The notes under the pieces were generated by a model, which searched no databases, was not told the DNA's origin, and saw nothing but the letters and a program-made list of their open reading frames with translations. 20,740 nt of DNA, from assembly GCA_051747805.1 (NCBI GenBank), contig JBNJGP010000048.1:1-20740 (forward strand). Direction: 5' to 3'. The position numbers and the translations under genes are program-made. Below are positions 1 to 9,477 of the stretch, piece after piece. Numbering within the stretch: the stretch's first letter is position 1; every line of letters starts with the position of its first letter. The DNA is from Candidatus Muiribacteriota bacterium (GTDB lineage: Bacteria; Muiribacteriota; Muiribacteriia; Muiribacteriales; Muiribacteriaceae).

Positions 1-377
1 AGTTTAAGTCGGCATGTTATTTTTCCTATATATGCATCAGGAAGCGGAGTGGCTTTTGAAAAGTAATCTAATGCTTTTTCATATAATTTATTGTTGAGGT
101 GAACAATACCTGTTGCAAGATTATAAAGCTTTAGTTCTTCTGGGCTCAATTTATCAGGCGAAAATATTTCAAGATGTCTAACAGCCTGACTGTATTTCCC
201 GCGGTTTATTAATGAAAAAATTTGATTTAAAGAATTTTTTATAGAGGTACTTTCAAAAACATCAAATTGTGTTTTGTTGCTATTAGAATACTGGTTTATA
301 TCTGAGGATAAACACCCATGAAGTAAACTGAACAGGGCAATAGCCAAAATTAATAAGTCTCTTTTTATGTTTTTCAT
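1..377 (-). CDS. Partial TPR-containing lipoprotein (3' end runs off the window); not in the supplied ORF track
   Basis: ATG at 377-375 opens a frame with no stop to the window edge: MKNIKRDLLILAIALFSLLHGCLSSD...RGKYSQAVRHLE...LATGIVHLNNKLYEKALDYFSKA. It has a basic N-region, a hydrophobic core, a lipobox-like LHG|C and TPR-like helices. Confidence 0.85.
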   Translation of the reverse strand, partial: MKNIKRDLLILAIALFSLLHGCLSSDINQYSNSNKTQFDVFESTSIKNSLNQIFSLINRGKYSQAVRHLEIFSPDKLSPEELKLYNLATGIVHLNNKLYEKALDYFSKATPLPDAYIGKITCRLK

Positions 378-385
378 ATTTATAA

Positions 386-413
386 TTATCGGAAAAAAAT
401 TAAGCTGCCTTTA
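386..413 (-). promoter_or_regulatory. Putative sigma-28 (FliA/WhiG) promoter for the divergent lipoprotein gene
   Basis: The minus strand reads TAAA(413-410)-N16-TCCGATAA(393-386), then 8 nt, then ATG. The sigma-28 consensus is TAAA-N15-GCCGATAA. Confidence 0.6.
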
Positions 414-440
414 TTAATATTATTTTTAAAAATTAACCTG

Positions 441-468
441 TTGACAAATAAAAAAATATCAGTAATTT
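441..468 (+). promoter_or_regulatory. Putative sigma-70 promoter for the TPR/TPR/fliA operon
   Basis: Perfect TTGACA (441-446), 16-nt spacer, TAATTT (463-468), in the divergent intergenic region. Confidence 0.45.
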
Positions 469-588
469 TTTAAGGGTTTTTCTTATTGTTTTTGTTTATA
501 GGATTTACCAGTAAAAGATTTTAATAAATGTGCAGAAATTAAATTTTGAATTGCCTAAACTATTTTTATATGATAAGATGATCTTACA

Positions 589-1101
589 ATGTTTTCAATA
601 ATCAGTTATTTAATAAATAGAAAAAAGATAAAAAAAGGTTGTAATGATTTAAATAATGGTCGTTACAACAATGCTTTGAAGATTTTTAGATTTTTAAAAG
701 ATGAAAAAAAACTTGATAATTTCTTTATTAATTTAAATATTGGTAATGCTTTATCTGGAAAAAAACAGTATAAAGAGGCGCGGTTTTTTTTTAATAAATC
801 ATTAAAGCAGTTTTCGCTTAATCCGGTTCCATTAAACGGTATTGCGATAACTTACTTTCATCAGAAAAATTATATTTTTTCATATAAATATTCAAAAAAA
901 GCATTAAAAATTGACCCTTTACATCCATATTCTAATTACTACGCTGCTTTAAGTCTTATAGGAATGAATAAACCCGAATTTGCAGGAACTTATTTTGAAA
1001 AAGTACTTGCCGAAAAAAAAGAGCTGCTTTTTTCCCGACTCGCCACTTATTTTGAAAAAGAGTTATCAATGGAAACAGGAATAGAGCCAGGTGAATTCTA
1101 A
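589..1101 (+). CDS. Small tetratricopeptide repeat protein
   Basis: About four TPR-like units, e.g. NLNIGNALSGKKQYKEARFFFNKSL, LNGIAITYFHQKNYIFSYKYSKKALKIDP, YYAALSLIGMNKPEFAGTYFEKVL. Confidence 0.85.
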   Translation: MFSIISYLINRKKIKKGCNDLNNGRYNNALKIFRFLKDEKKLDNFFINLNIGNALSGKKQYKEARFFFNKSLKQFSLNPVPLNGIAITYFHQKNYIFSYKYSKKALKIDPLHPYSNYYAALSLIGMNKPEFAGTYFEKVLAEKKELLFSRLATYFEKELSMETGIEPGEF

Positions 1102-4100
1102 AGATTATAGAGAAAATTTAATTTTTATAAAAAGTCTAATTAATAATAATCAATATCAGAAAGCATTACCTTTTGTAAATATAATTATTAAAAACTCCGC
1201 AACTTTTTTTTCCTATTTTATATATAAAAAATTTTTTATAGAGGCACTGAAGTTTAAATTAATTATTTTATTTGAACTTGATAAAAAAGAGGAATTTATC
1301 CATTTTATAATTAAATACAGAAAATTTCTTCCTTATTTTGAGCCTCAGTTTTTAAAAATTAAAAAAATATTTGATGAAAAGAACTTCTATGACAGATTGG
1401 TTTTTCAGACTTATCTTTTAAAATATCCTTATGATCAGAAATGGTTAAATAAATATGCCCAGAGAATTATGGAAGGGGACGACATTACAAAAAAAGACCT
1501 TCCTATTTTTATACGGTTTTGTTTAAATAACAGAAAAAAAACAGAAATAAACGCTTATACTTTGAAAAAACTATTTAAATTCAAATATTTTAATCTGAAA
1601 TTTGTTACAATTGGATTAAACTTGTTTTACAACAGTATAAAATCCGATAATGCACAAAATCCAGAACTGAAAGAAAGTCTTTCAGAAAAAGACAAAAAAG
1701 AAATCAACCGACTTATAATAGATTATGTGAATATTATAATTAAAAAAAAATATTGTCACAGAAAAATTTTTTATCCATTGTTAAAGTATTATTATTTTAA
1801 TAATAATGATAAAAAAATTTTACCTGTTCTTTTTAAAATCATTAAAAAAAATAAAATACATGATAAATTTTCTCACGATATTATTTATAATCTATATCAG
1901 AAAACGAAACACATAGATTATTTAACTGTTCTGGCACAGATAAAAAGAAACAATAATGAAAAAGATGAAAAAGCTGTAGAAACCTATACCACGCTATATA
2001 AGCTGGACCCTAAAGACATAGAAAACACAAAATTTCTGGTAAATGTACTTCAGGTTAACAATAAAATTTCCAGTGAAAATATTCATATTTTTTTAAATGC
2101 ATATAATCTTTTTGAAAAAAAGGAAAAAAATAATCAGGAGTTTAAAACACTTATTAAATTTCTGGCATCTTATCTTGAGAAAAATCAGGAATTCAATCTC
2201 AAATTCAAGCCTGTTGTTGAGGATATTTTACGTCTTTTGCCTGATGATAACTCTTTTTTATACTGTACTCAGTTTTTTTTAAATAATCCAAAAAAAAATA
2301 CTCCTTTTTCATTTCCTTATGACACTGCTTATTTTCTAATATCCAGGGTTTTTCCAGAAAAATTATCACATGAGCTTAAAGAAAAATATTATTATATTTT
2401 TATAAAAATTTTCTTTAAACATTCTTTTTATAAAAGCTTTATGGAGTTTGACTGGAAAAAAGTTTATTTTTATCTTAAAAAATTGAAAAAATCCAGTAAA
2501 TATAACGTCGATTTAGAAATTGCCCAGTATTATATTTTACGAAAAAATAAAAGTAATCTTCCATTCTGTTTCCATTCACTGGATGAATGCGATAAATGGA
2601 CAGAAAACTGTAATGTTATGAATAATTTAAAAAAAATTAAATCCAATCTTTTATATAGAGAAAAAAAAATAATATTTAATTATTTAAAAAAAGCCAGTCA
2701 CTCTGATGAGGGCATATTAATGCGGAGTATTATGGATGAAGATAACTATTATATTCCATTAATAAAAAATATTCCATTAAGCTACTGTGCAAATATTCAG
2801 AAACTGATTGAAAACAAAAAATATGAACATGCTTATGAAACTATTAATAACAATCCAGAAACTTTTAATTATAGAGGGTTTAAATTCTGGGCCGCGATAA
2901 TTCTTTATTATTTAAAAAGATATGATGAGTCAATAATATGGTTAAACAAAGTAATAAAAGAAAATAAAAAAAACCCCTATGCATATTTTTTCAGAGGAAT
3001 GAATTTTTATAAAAAAAATATGTTTTTTACTGGATTGAGCGATTTAAATACCGCGGTTTCTTTGAACCTATATAACAGGGATTTATTAAGCCAGATTATA
3101 AAAATTTTCATCTCCAAAAAAAAATTTAATGAGGCTTCAAAACTTGTAGATAAGCTCGAAAAACTTGATGAAAATTCTACTAAGGCGAAATACTTAAGGG
3201 CCGAAATTTTCTTTAATTGTCAGAAACTTGATGAGGCTCTGCAGATATTAAAAGAGCTTTTCAACAAAACAGAAAATATTAATTCTGAGATTTTCATGCT
3301 TGAAATTAAAATATATAAGAAAAAGAGAGAGTTAAAAAAAGCCCTTAATAAGTGTATGCATTTTATTGAAAAATTTGGAAATCAGAATTTTGAAATATTT
3401 CAGATAAGGGCAGAAATAAATAATGAGCTTAAAGAGTTTAGACTAGTAAAAAATGATCTTTTAAAAATTCCAAAACATAAACTGGCGCTTGAGAATTTTT
3501 ATATTCTTGCAAATGCGAGTTTTCAATGTAATGATATTGATGAGGCCTCTGAATATCTCGAAATATACCGGAAAAATAAACCCTTCAGCATAAAATCCAG
3601 ACTGCTTTTATCTAAAATATATATAAGGCAGAACTTAAATAATGAGGCGTTAAAGATTTTAAAAATAACGTGGTTATTTTCCAAAAATAAAGAAGTTCTT
3701 GAAGAGCTTATAAAAATAAATTTTAAAATTGATAAAAAGAAATTAAGCTGTGAATATTGCTGTAAATACCTTAAAAAATATGGTTTTAACAACGAGGTAT
3801 TACAAATTTATCTCAGTATTTTAATTGATGAAAAAATACTTCATGAACTTTCTGTTGAAACTAAAAAATATATACAGAATTATCCAGTCTTTGATATAAA
3901 AACCCTTCAAATTACCTATCAGGCTTTGTTTTTATGCGGTAATTTTAAAAATTTTTTATATTTATGGGAAAAAAAGGGCCTTTGTCAAGATTATGATATT
4001 AGAGAAATAAAAAATAATAAAAATGGTAGGCTTGTTTATTTTTTAAAAGAAACTTCAAATAAAAAATTCAATATTTATATATTCCGCGGAGACTTATTTT

Positions 4101-6145
4101 TAAATAGGATAAATAATACCAGCTTCGATAACAGTTATTTTATAGATAAAATAGATTTTATATTTCTTTACACAGAGAAAAATGATTATTCTGCCAAATT
4201 AAAATATTTTACAGAAACTGTTTATAATTTAAATTTAATGCTTTTTGTTTTTTATAAAAAAATTAGAAATGATTTTTTCTTTGATAATATTAAAAAAGAA
4301 TTTCCCCTTTTAAAAAATAATATTAAAAATTTAAATAAACGACAGAAGGCTTTTTTTCTGGAGCTTGATATTTTTGATTCAAATTTAATTGATTATTTTG
4401 AAATGTCCTCTGAACACCTCGAGATTACCTATCCCCCAGTAAAAAAACAAAAATCTCATTCTTCTGACCTTGAAGTTCAAATTGCGGGGGAGGTTGTTGA
4501 AGAAAAAAAAATATTCTGTAATATGAAGCTTGATTTTTTCAAGGAATTTATAAGGCTTTCAAAGGATTTTGAGGGGAAAAACGAGTTTTTTCTGATATGT
4601 TTCTGGAATGTATTTCCTGGTAAACTTCCGCAAAAAATAAAAAAAAATGATAATTTAAATACTTTTAATCATAGATATATTAATTTTTTTCTTCATAACA
4701 TTAACTGCTCTTTCTTTTTTGATTGTTCATACTGCTGTGAAATAAGAGAAAATCTTTTTAATAATAATTTAAGTGTTAACAATGCCCAGTATTTTAATTT
4801 ACTTCAGAATAATTTTACAAAAATCAGAATTAATCGTATAAACAGGGATATTAAAAATCATATACTTGAAAAAATGAATTTTTTTCCTCTGGAAACATTA
4901 ATAAATTATCAAAAAACTTCATGTGAAATTTTTAATGAAACAGAGCGTTATTTTAAATATAACAAAGAAATTTCAGAGTTAATTAAAAGTTTTAATAATT
5001 TTAATTTTAAAATTGCTGATGATATGAATAACCTGTTATCCTTATTAAATCTTTATAAAAACAGGTTTTTTTATAATTTAAATTCAAATAAAAAGTTGAA
5101 TATAATTATTTCCAGGCTGCTATTAAATTATGATAAATTAACAGAAAAATTATATAAAATAATAAATATTTTAATAAACGAAGATTCTTTTACTATTGAT
5201 TTTTTTAAATGGTATAAATTTTTTATTGAAAAATTTTTTGAAGTTATTTCAAGTATTTATAAAGGAGATAATTTTGCTCTTATTTATTATGACAATGAGC
5301 TTTTTATTTATTATGTAAAAAAATTTAATCAAGTTCAAATTAGTATAAAAGAGGATAATGAGTTTGATGAAAATTTTTATAAACTTATGGAAGCAAAATA
5401 TAAAAACATTGAAATCATAAATAAAAAAAGAACAGATGAAATAAAAGATAATTATATAATAAAAAGTAATAATGCTGACAGAATTTTTTCCTCTGTTTTA
5501 AAGGAAAATACTGGTTTTTTTGTAAACTCCAAAGAGATGTTTCTGGATTTTTCAAAAAGTCTTAATTATCTCTATAGTTTAAAGCATAATTACTACTATT
5601 TCAAATTCTGGGATATAAGAGATATTTTATGTTTAAACATAAAAATAAGAGAGCTTATTAATAAAAAATCCCTGATTATATGGCCGGGAATGAAATTTTT
5701 TGATTCTACCTTTTACAGCTGTACTTTTGAAAAAATTGATAATAAATTTTCCTCTATTTTTGTTTCTGATATTAATTATATTAAAAAACTTGAGGAAGAA
5801 TTTGCCCATATTTATTTTATTGATTATAAAGATATTTATTATGGTTTTGATAAAGGGCTAAAGTATCAGAAAATTTTTATTAACGGGGAATTTCAGACTG
5901 AAAAAGAGGGAAAATTTCAATGGTTAAATAAAAAGTTTAATATGGAGACTATTAATATAAAATCTCAGAATACCGAAAAATTACCTGATGAATTAATTGA
6001 TATTAAAGAAAATAGTCTAGAAGAAAAAAATATTTTTTATAATAAGTATTTAAACGGTAAAATTAAGCATGTAAGTATAGAAAAAAATATAAGGGATGAT
6101 TTTTTCTGTATGACGGGCCGGGATTTTATCTTATATAAGAAATAA
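1091..6145 (+). CDS. Giant TPR protein (1684 aa) with a possible degenerate DinG-like C-terminal region
   Basis: GTG start overlapping the upstream gene. Central TPR array (FWAAIILYYLKRYDESIIWLNKVI, AYFFRGMNFY, AKYLRAEIFFNCQKLDEALQILKEL). The Cys segment IFCNMKL...NCSFFFDCSYCC resembles the DinG-like segment of CDS 11602..15681. Confidence 0.8.
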   Translation: MNSKDYRENLIFIKSLINNNQYQKALPFVNIIIKNSATFFSYFIYKKFFIEALKFKLIILFELDKKEEFIHFIIKYRKFLPYFEPQFLKIKKIFDEKNFYDRLVFQTYLLKYPYDQKWLNKYAQRIMEGDDITKKDLPIFIRFCLNNRKKTEINAYTLKKLFKFKYFNLKFVTIGLNLFYNSIKSDNAQNPELKESLSEKDKKEINRLIIDYVNIIIKKKYCHRKIFYPLLKYYYFNNNDKKILPVLFKIIKKNKIHDKFSHDIIYNLYQKTKHIDYLTVLAQIKRNNNEKDEKAVETYTTLYKLDPKDIENTKFLVNVLQVNNKISSENIHIFLNAYNLFEKKEKNNQEFKTLIKFLASYLEKNQEFNLKFKPVVEDILRLLPDDNSFLYCTQFFLNNPKKNTPFSFPYDTAYFLISRVFPEKLSHELKEKYYYIFIKIFFKHSFYKSFMEFDWKKVYFYLKKLKKSSKYNVDLEIAQYYILRKNKSNLPFCFHSLDECDKWTENCNVMNNLKKIKSNLLYREKKIIFNYLKKASHSDEGILMRSIMDEDNYYIPLIKNIPLSYCANIQKLIENKKYEHAYETINNNPETFNYRGFKFWAAIILYYLKRYDESIIWLNKVIKENKKNPYAYFFRGMNFYKKNMFFTGLSDLNTAVSLNLYNRDLLSQIIKIFISKKKFNEASKLVDKLEKLDENSTKAKYLRAEIFFNCQKLDEALQILKELFNKTENINSEIFMLEIKIYKKKRELKKALNKCMHFIEKFGNQNFEIFQIRAEINNELKEFRLVKNDLLKIPKHKLALENFYILANASFQCNDIDEASEYLEIYRKNKPFSIKSRLLLSKIYIRQNLNNEALKILKITWLFSKNKEVLEELIKINFKIDKKKLSCEYCCKYLKKYGFNNEVLQIYLSILIDEKILHELSVETKKYIQNYPVFDIKTLQITYQALFLCGNFKNFLYLWEKKGLCQDYDIREIKNNKNGRLVYFLKETSNKKFNIYIFRGDLFLNRINNTSFDNSYFIDKIDFIFLYTEKNDYSAKLKYFTETVYNLNLMLFVFYKKIRNDFFFDNIKKEFPLLKNNIKNLNKRQKAFFLELDIFDSNLIDYFEMSSEHLEITYPPVKKQKSHSSDLEVQIAGEVVEEKKIFCNMKLDFFKEFIRLSKDFEGKNEFFLICFWNVFPGKLPQKIKKNDNLNTFNHRYINFFLHNINCSFFFDCSYCCEIRENLFNNNLSVNNAQYFNLLQNNFTKIRINRINRDIKNHILEKMNFFPLETLINYQKTSCEIFNETERYFKYNKEISELIKSFNNFNFKIADDMNNLLSLLNLYKNRFFYNLNSNKKLNIIISRLLLNYDKLTEKLYKIINILINEDSFTIDFFKWYKFFIEKFFEVISSIYKGDNFALIYYDNELFIYYVKKFNQVQISIKEDNEFDENFYKLMEAKYKNIEIINKKRTDEIKDNYIIKSNNADRIFSSVLKENTGFFVNSKEMFLDFSKSLNYLYSLKHNYYYFKFWDIRDILCLNIKIRELINKKSLIIWPGMKFFDSTFYSCTFEKIDNKFSSIFVSDINYIKKLEEEFAHIYFIDYKDIYYGFDKGLKYQKIFINGEFQTEKEGKFQWLNKKFNMETINIKSQNTEKLPDELIDIKENSLEEKNIFYNKYLNGKIKHVSIEKNIRDDFFCMTGRDFILYKK

Positions 6146-6166
6146 ACTTTTGTTAAAGGATAAAAA

Positions 6167-6916
6167 ATGGAAAATTTCAGTCAGCTTTTAAAAAGAAAAT
6201 CAAAAAGTGATAAAAAAAAACTAATAGAAAATTATGCTCCTCTTGTAAAAAAAATTGCCGGAAGAATTGCAATGAATCTTCCTTCGCATGTTGATATAAA
6301 CGATCTTATAAGCTATGGTGTTTTTGGATTAATTGATGCAATTGAGAAGTATAGACCAGAGTTAAATGTAAAATTTGATTTTTATGCCAGACGAAGAATT
6401 TCTGGTTCTATTTATGATGGATTAAGGAAGCTGGACTGGGCACCACGCACTGTAAGAGCTAAAAGCAAAGAACTTGAAAAAATAATTATGGAACTTCAAC
6501 AGAGTCTTGGCAGAGATGCCAATGAGTATGAGATTGCTCAGAAGATGGGAATAAGCGTAAAAGAGCTGGAAAAAATTTATTCAGAAAATAAAAGGGCGAT
6601 GCTACTTTCTATTGAAGAATTTTTTGCCTCCTCAACCGATGATTCTGATAAAGCCCCTTTTTTAAAGGATCAGAAGGCTCTTGACCCTTTAAGAGAGGCC
6701 GAAAGAGAAGGGATAAAAAAAATTATTGTTGATGCTGTTAACTCGCTGGTATATAATGAAAAATTAGTTGTTACATTATATTATTATAATGAGTTTACTC
6801 TTAAAGAAATTGCTTTGACGCTTGATTTAACTGAATCAAGAGTGTCTCAGATTCATTCCAGGGCAATATTAAAATTAAAAGGAAAGCTTAAAAAACATAA
6901 AAAGAGTATATTATGA
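6167..6916 (+). CDS. fliA: FliA/WhiG-family (sigma-28) RNA polymerase sigma factor
   Basis: Region 2: YAPLVKKIAGRIAMNLPSHVDINDLISYGVFGLIDAIEKY...RISGSIYDGLRKLDWAPRTVR. Region 4: EKLVVTLYYYNEFTLKEIALTLDLTESRVSQIHSRAILKL. AAGGA RBS at 6156-6160. Confidence 0.95.
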   Translation: MENFSQLLKRKSKSDKKKLIENYAPLVKKIAGRIAMNLPSHVDINDLISYGVFGLIDAIEKYRPELNVKFDFYARRRISGSIYDGLRKLDWAPRTVRAKSKELEKIIMELQQSLGRDANEYEIAQKMGISVKELEKIYSENKRAMLLSIEEFFASSTDDSDKAPFLKDQKALDPLREAEREGIKKIIVDAVNSLVYNEKLVVTLYYYNEFTLKEIALTLDLTESRVSQIHSRAILKLKGKLKKHKKSIL

Positions 6917-8790
6917 GTAGAAAACATTTAATACTTGAAGCATTATCATCATATCAGTATGGCGAAGTTATTGATTTTTTAAAAACAACTATTCAAAACA
7001 GTGAAAATGATATTAAAGCTTTTATTCTTAAAGTGCTGTCAAAGTCACATATTATAAATAAAATTCAGCCTGAATTTTTTATAAAGCTTTATGAACAGGA
7101 AAAAGAGCTTGTACTCAGGGCAAGAATTTTAAAAATTATTTTTTTAATTTCACCTGAAATGGCAAAAGATTTTTTTTTAAAAGAAAAAAATAATTATCTG
7201 AAAAATTATAAAACAGCTAAAATTTTAACTCCTGCTTTAAAAGGCGAAGAGTTTATTCAGGTTATTTTATCTGAGCTTAAAGAGGTTGACGATGAAATAA
7301 AGCCTTTAATGCTTGAAAAACTTGCCTCCATCGGTGGCGGAAAAACTAAAGAAGTTTTAAAAAATTACATAAAAAAAGAAAATGAGCTTGTTCAGATTGC
7401 AATAATAAATGGAATTAACAGCGAAAAATTCTTTGAGCTTCTTCTAATAAAAGCATATTCAAAAAATCCTACAATTGAAATAGCCTCACTGGCAAAACTT
7501 GGCAAAATGATGTTAACTGGTGAATTAAGTCTTAATACAAAAAAAAATATTGTTAATTTAATTGGAGATAAGCTAGATTCAAGCGAGGAACTTGTTAAAC
7601 TTTCTGCGGTTAAAGCAATTACGTTTTATGATAAAAAATTACTTGTTAAACTTACAGAGGTCTGGAAAAATATTCATCCATTTTATTTTCCTCAGGTAAA
7701 AGATTCTGTTATGAATATGCTTATAATGTGTCCCGATGCATCTGCGAGGGAAATAATAAAACAGAAGTTAAATATATTCAAGGTGAAAAACTTTGTTAAT
7801 ACAATATATAAAATTAGAAATAACAATTTGAATCTTTTTATTTTTAAAAATTTTAAAAAAGGAATTGACCGCAATAAATTTATACAGGATTTAAAAACTT
7901 TTTTTAAAGAAAACAGAATTTTTGTTGATCACAGGTTTTTTGACAGTTTTTTTAAAGATGTCGAGGATGGAGAAATTGATTATTTCAGAGGGTTGCTTGA
8001 GAAAATTTTCATGAGAGAGTTTAAGCCCTTTCTTTTCCGTGAAGTTGATATAAAAATAATCTCTGAGTATCTCGATATTTTGGGAATGCTTTCCTTTAAA
8101 TTCTCAAGTCATTTTTTGTACATAAAATATGATTATATAAAAATTGCAATAATAAAATATATACCAAGAAATGAACAGAACTTTTCTTTTCTGCTTGAAT
8201 GTGCCAAATATAAATCTATGTCTGTAAGAGAAATTGCTGTTCTCGCACTTGGAGAATATGATCAGGCTTTGAATTTTCTTGCGGCAACATATAATAATAC
8301 AACTGAAAATATCAAGGAAAATATTTTAAAAGCGCTTTCTCTTGGGAAATCAAATGATAGAAAAATGTTTTTTCTGGAAAAACTCAGTAAAAAAGAAAAA
8401 TCTGAAAAAATTTCAAAAGAGCTTTTAAACAACATTATAACTTATTATGATGATGAGATCATTCAGTCATATGCCCTTAATATACTCAAAAATGAGGATT
8501 TTGACTTTTTTTATAAAATTAAAGCGTTGAATATTACAGTTCTTGCTGGTATTTTTAAAAAGGAATATCTGGATAATATTTTAGAGGCTGGACAGGTTGA
8601 ACTCTCCAGTAATGATATTTTACAGTTATGCGAAAGTATAAAATTCCTGCCAGAAAAAGAAGCGCTTAAATATTTTATGCTGATAGCTGATTATTTTCCT
8701 TACTGCCAGAAGTTGATTCAGAAATTTCTCTTTAATTTGAAGTCTAAAGAAACAGCCTCTATACTTATTAAATATTATGAAGAAAATTAG
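6913..8790 (+). CDS. HEAT/armadillo-repeat protein
   Basis: HEAT-like units (LDSSEELVKLSAVKAI, SMSVREIAVLALGEY, ENIKENILKALS, EKELVLRARILKII). ATGA overlap with the fliA stop codon. Confidence 0.75.
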   Translation: MSRKHLILEALSSYQYGEVIDFLKTTIQNSENDIKAFILKVLSKSHIINKIQPEFFIKLYEQEKELVLRARILKIIFLISPEMAKDFFLKEKNNYLKNYKTAKILTPALKGEEFIQVILSELKEVDDEIKPLMLEKLASIGGGKTKEVLKNYIKKENELVQIAIINGINSEKFFELLLIKAYSKNPTIEIASLAKLGKMMLTGELSLNTKKNIVNLIGDKLDSSEELVKLSAVKAITFYDKKLLVKLTEVWKNIHPFYFPQVKDSVMNMLIMCPDASAREIIKQKLNIFKVKNFVNTIYKIRNNNLNLFIFKNFKKGIDRNKFIQDLKTFFKENRIFVDHRFFDSFFKDVEDGEIDYFRGLLEKIFMREFKPFLFREVDIKIISEYLDILGMLSFKFSSHFLYIKYDYIKIAIIKYIPRNEQNFSFLLECAKYKSMSVREIAVLALGEYDQALNFLAATYNNTTENIKENILKALSLGKSNDRKMFFLEKLSKKEKSEKISKELLNNIITYYDDEIIQSYALNILKNEDFDFFYKIKALNITVLAGIFKKEYLDNILEAGQVELSSNDILQLCESIKFLPEKEALKYFMLIADYFPYCQKLIQKFLFNLKSKETASILIKYYEEN

Positions 8791-9451
8791 CATTAAATAT
8801 ATAATTCTTTTATTTTTTTTAATTTTTTGCCTTTATGGTTGTATTCAAAAAGAAAATATATCCCAGACTTTTGCTTCTAAATATTTAAAAGGAATGGACA
8901 ATACTATTTATTACTTAACTGAGGACGATGTTATTCCTGAGTATAAGGGTAGAGAAAAAAAAAATGTAGTTAATTATCTATATTTAGAAAATAATATTTT
9001 ATATATTTTAGACTCAAAAAATGAAAAAAAACCCGTTTTCAAAGAGGCCGAATCAGAAAACAGTCTCAGGCTTTTAAATGGAAAGGAGTATTCTTTTATT
9101 TTTAATAAAAAACTCATTTTTGAAAATATTGAACTTATTTTTTTTGAGGATATTTTTGAAATGAAGGCGCTTCATAAAGTTCATGGAGAATTTCAATATA
9201 CTATTTCAAGGTATAATAAAGAGTTAAGACTACCTGAGTATTCAAAAGAAAAGATAGTCAGCAAATTAGAGGAAAGAGATTTTGACTTTTTTAAAAAAAA
9301 TTTAAAAGAATATAATGATGGGTTTTTGGGAAGTCTTTCTATTTTGATGTATGAGGGAAAAGATTATGATAAAATTCTTTCCTCTATCGAAAAAGTTCCC
9401 GAAGTCACCTTATCTGAGCATAATATTAAATGGAATGTAAATTTTGATTGA
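8777..9451 (+). CDS. Putative lipoprotein of unknown function
   Basis: N-terminus MKKISIKYIILLFFLIFCLYG|C, with a lipobox-like LYGC. Overlaps the upstream gene. Confidence 0.75.
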   Translation: MKKISIKYIILLFFLIFCLYGCIQKENISQTFASKYLKGMDNTIYYLTEDDVIPEYKGREKKNVVNYLYLENNILYILDSKNEKKPVFKEAESENSLRLLNGKEYSFIFNKKLIFENIELIFFEDIFEMKALHKVHGEFQYTISRYNKELRLPEYSKEKIVSKLEERDFDFFKKNLKEYNDGFLGSLSILMYEGKDYDKILSSIEKVPEVTLSEHNIKWNVNFD

Positions 9452-9465
9452 TAAATCCCCGATAT
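9438..9465 (+). promoter_or_regulatory. Putative sigma-28 promoter
   Basis: TAAA(9438-9441)-N16-CCCGATAT(9458-9465), straddling the upstream stop codon. Same spacer length as the site at 386-413. Confidence 0.45.
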
Positions 9466-9477
9466 TGATTCTTAATG

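Noticed and set aside
2097..2282. 61-aa alternative-frame ORF
   Set aside because: Nested in the 1684-aa CDS with no RBS or recognisable motif.
3523..3792. Antisense ORFs (also 7692..7874, 9830..10021, 10713..10916, 14521..14796, 15189..15527, 16091..16291)
   Set aside because: All lie opposite well-supported + strand genes and most have the F/I/L/S-rich composition of shadow frames.
6212..6220. Homopolymer runs of 9-10 A/T near gene starts (also 784-792, 8955-8964, 18592-18601) as phase-variation tracts
   Set aside because: Such runs are frequent throughout this AT-rich window and all frames are intact; this cannot be supported without read data.
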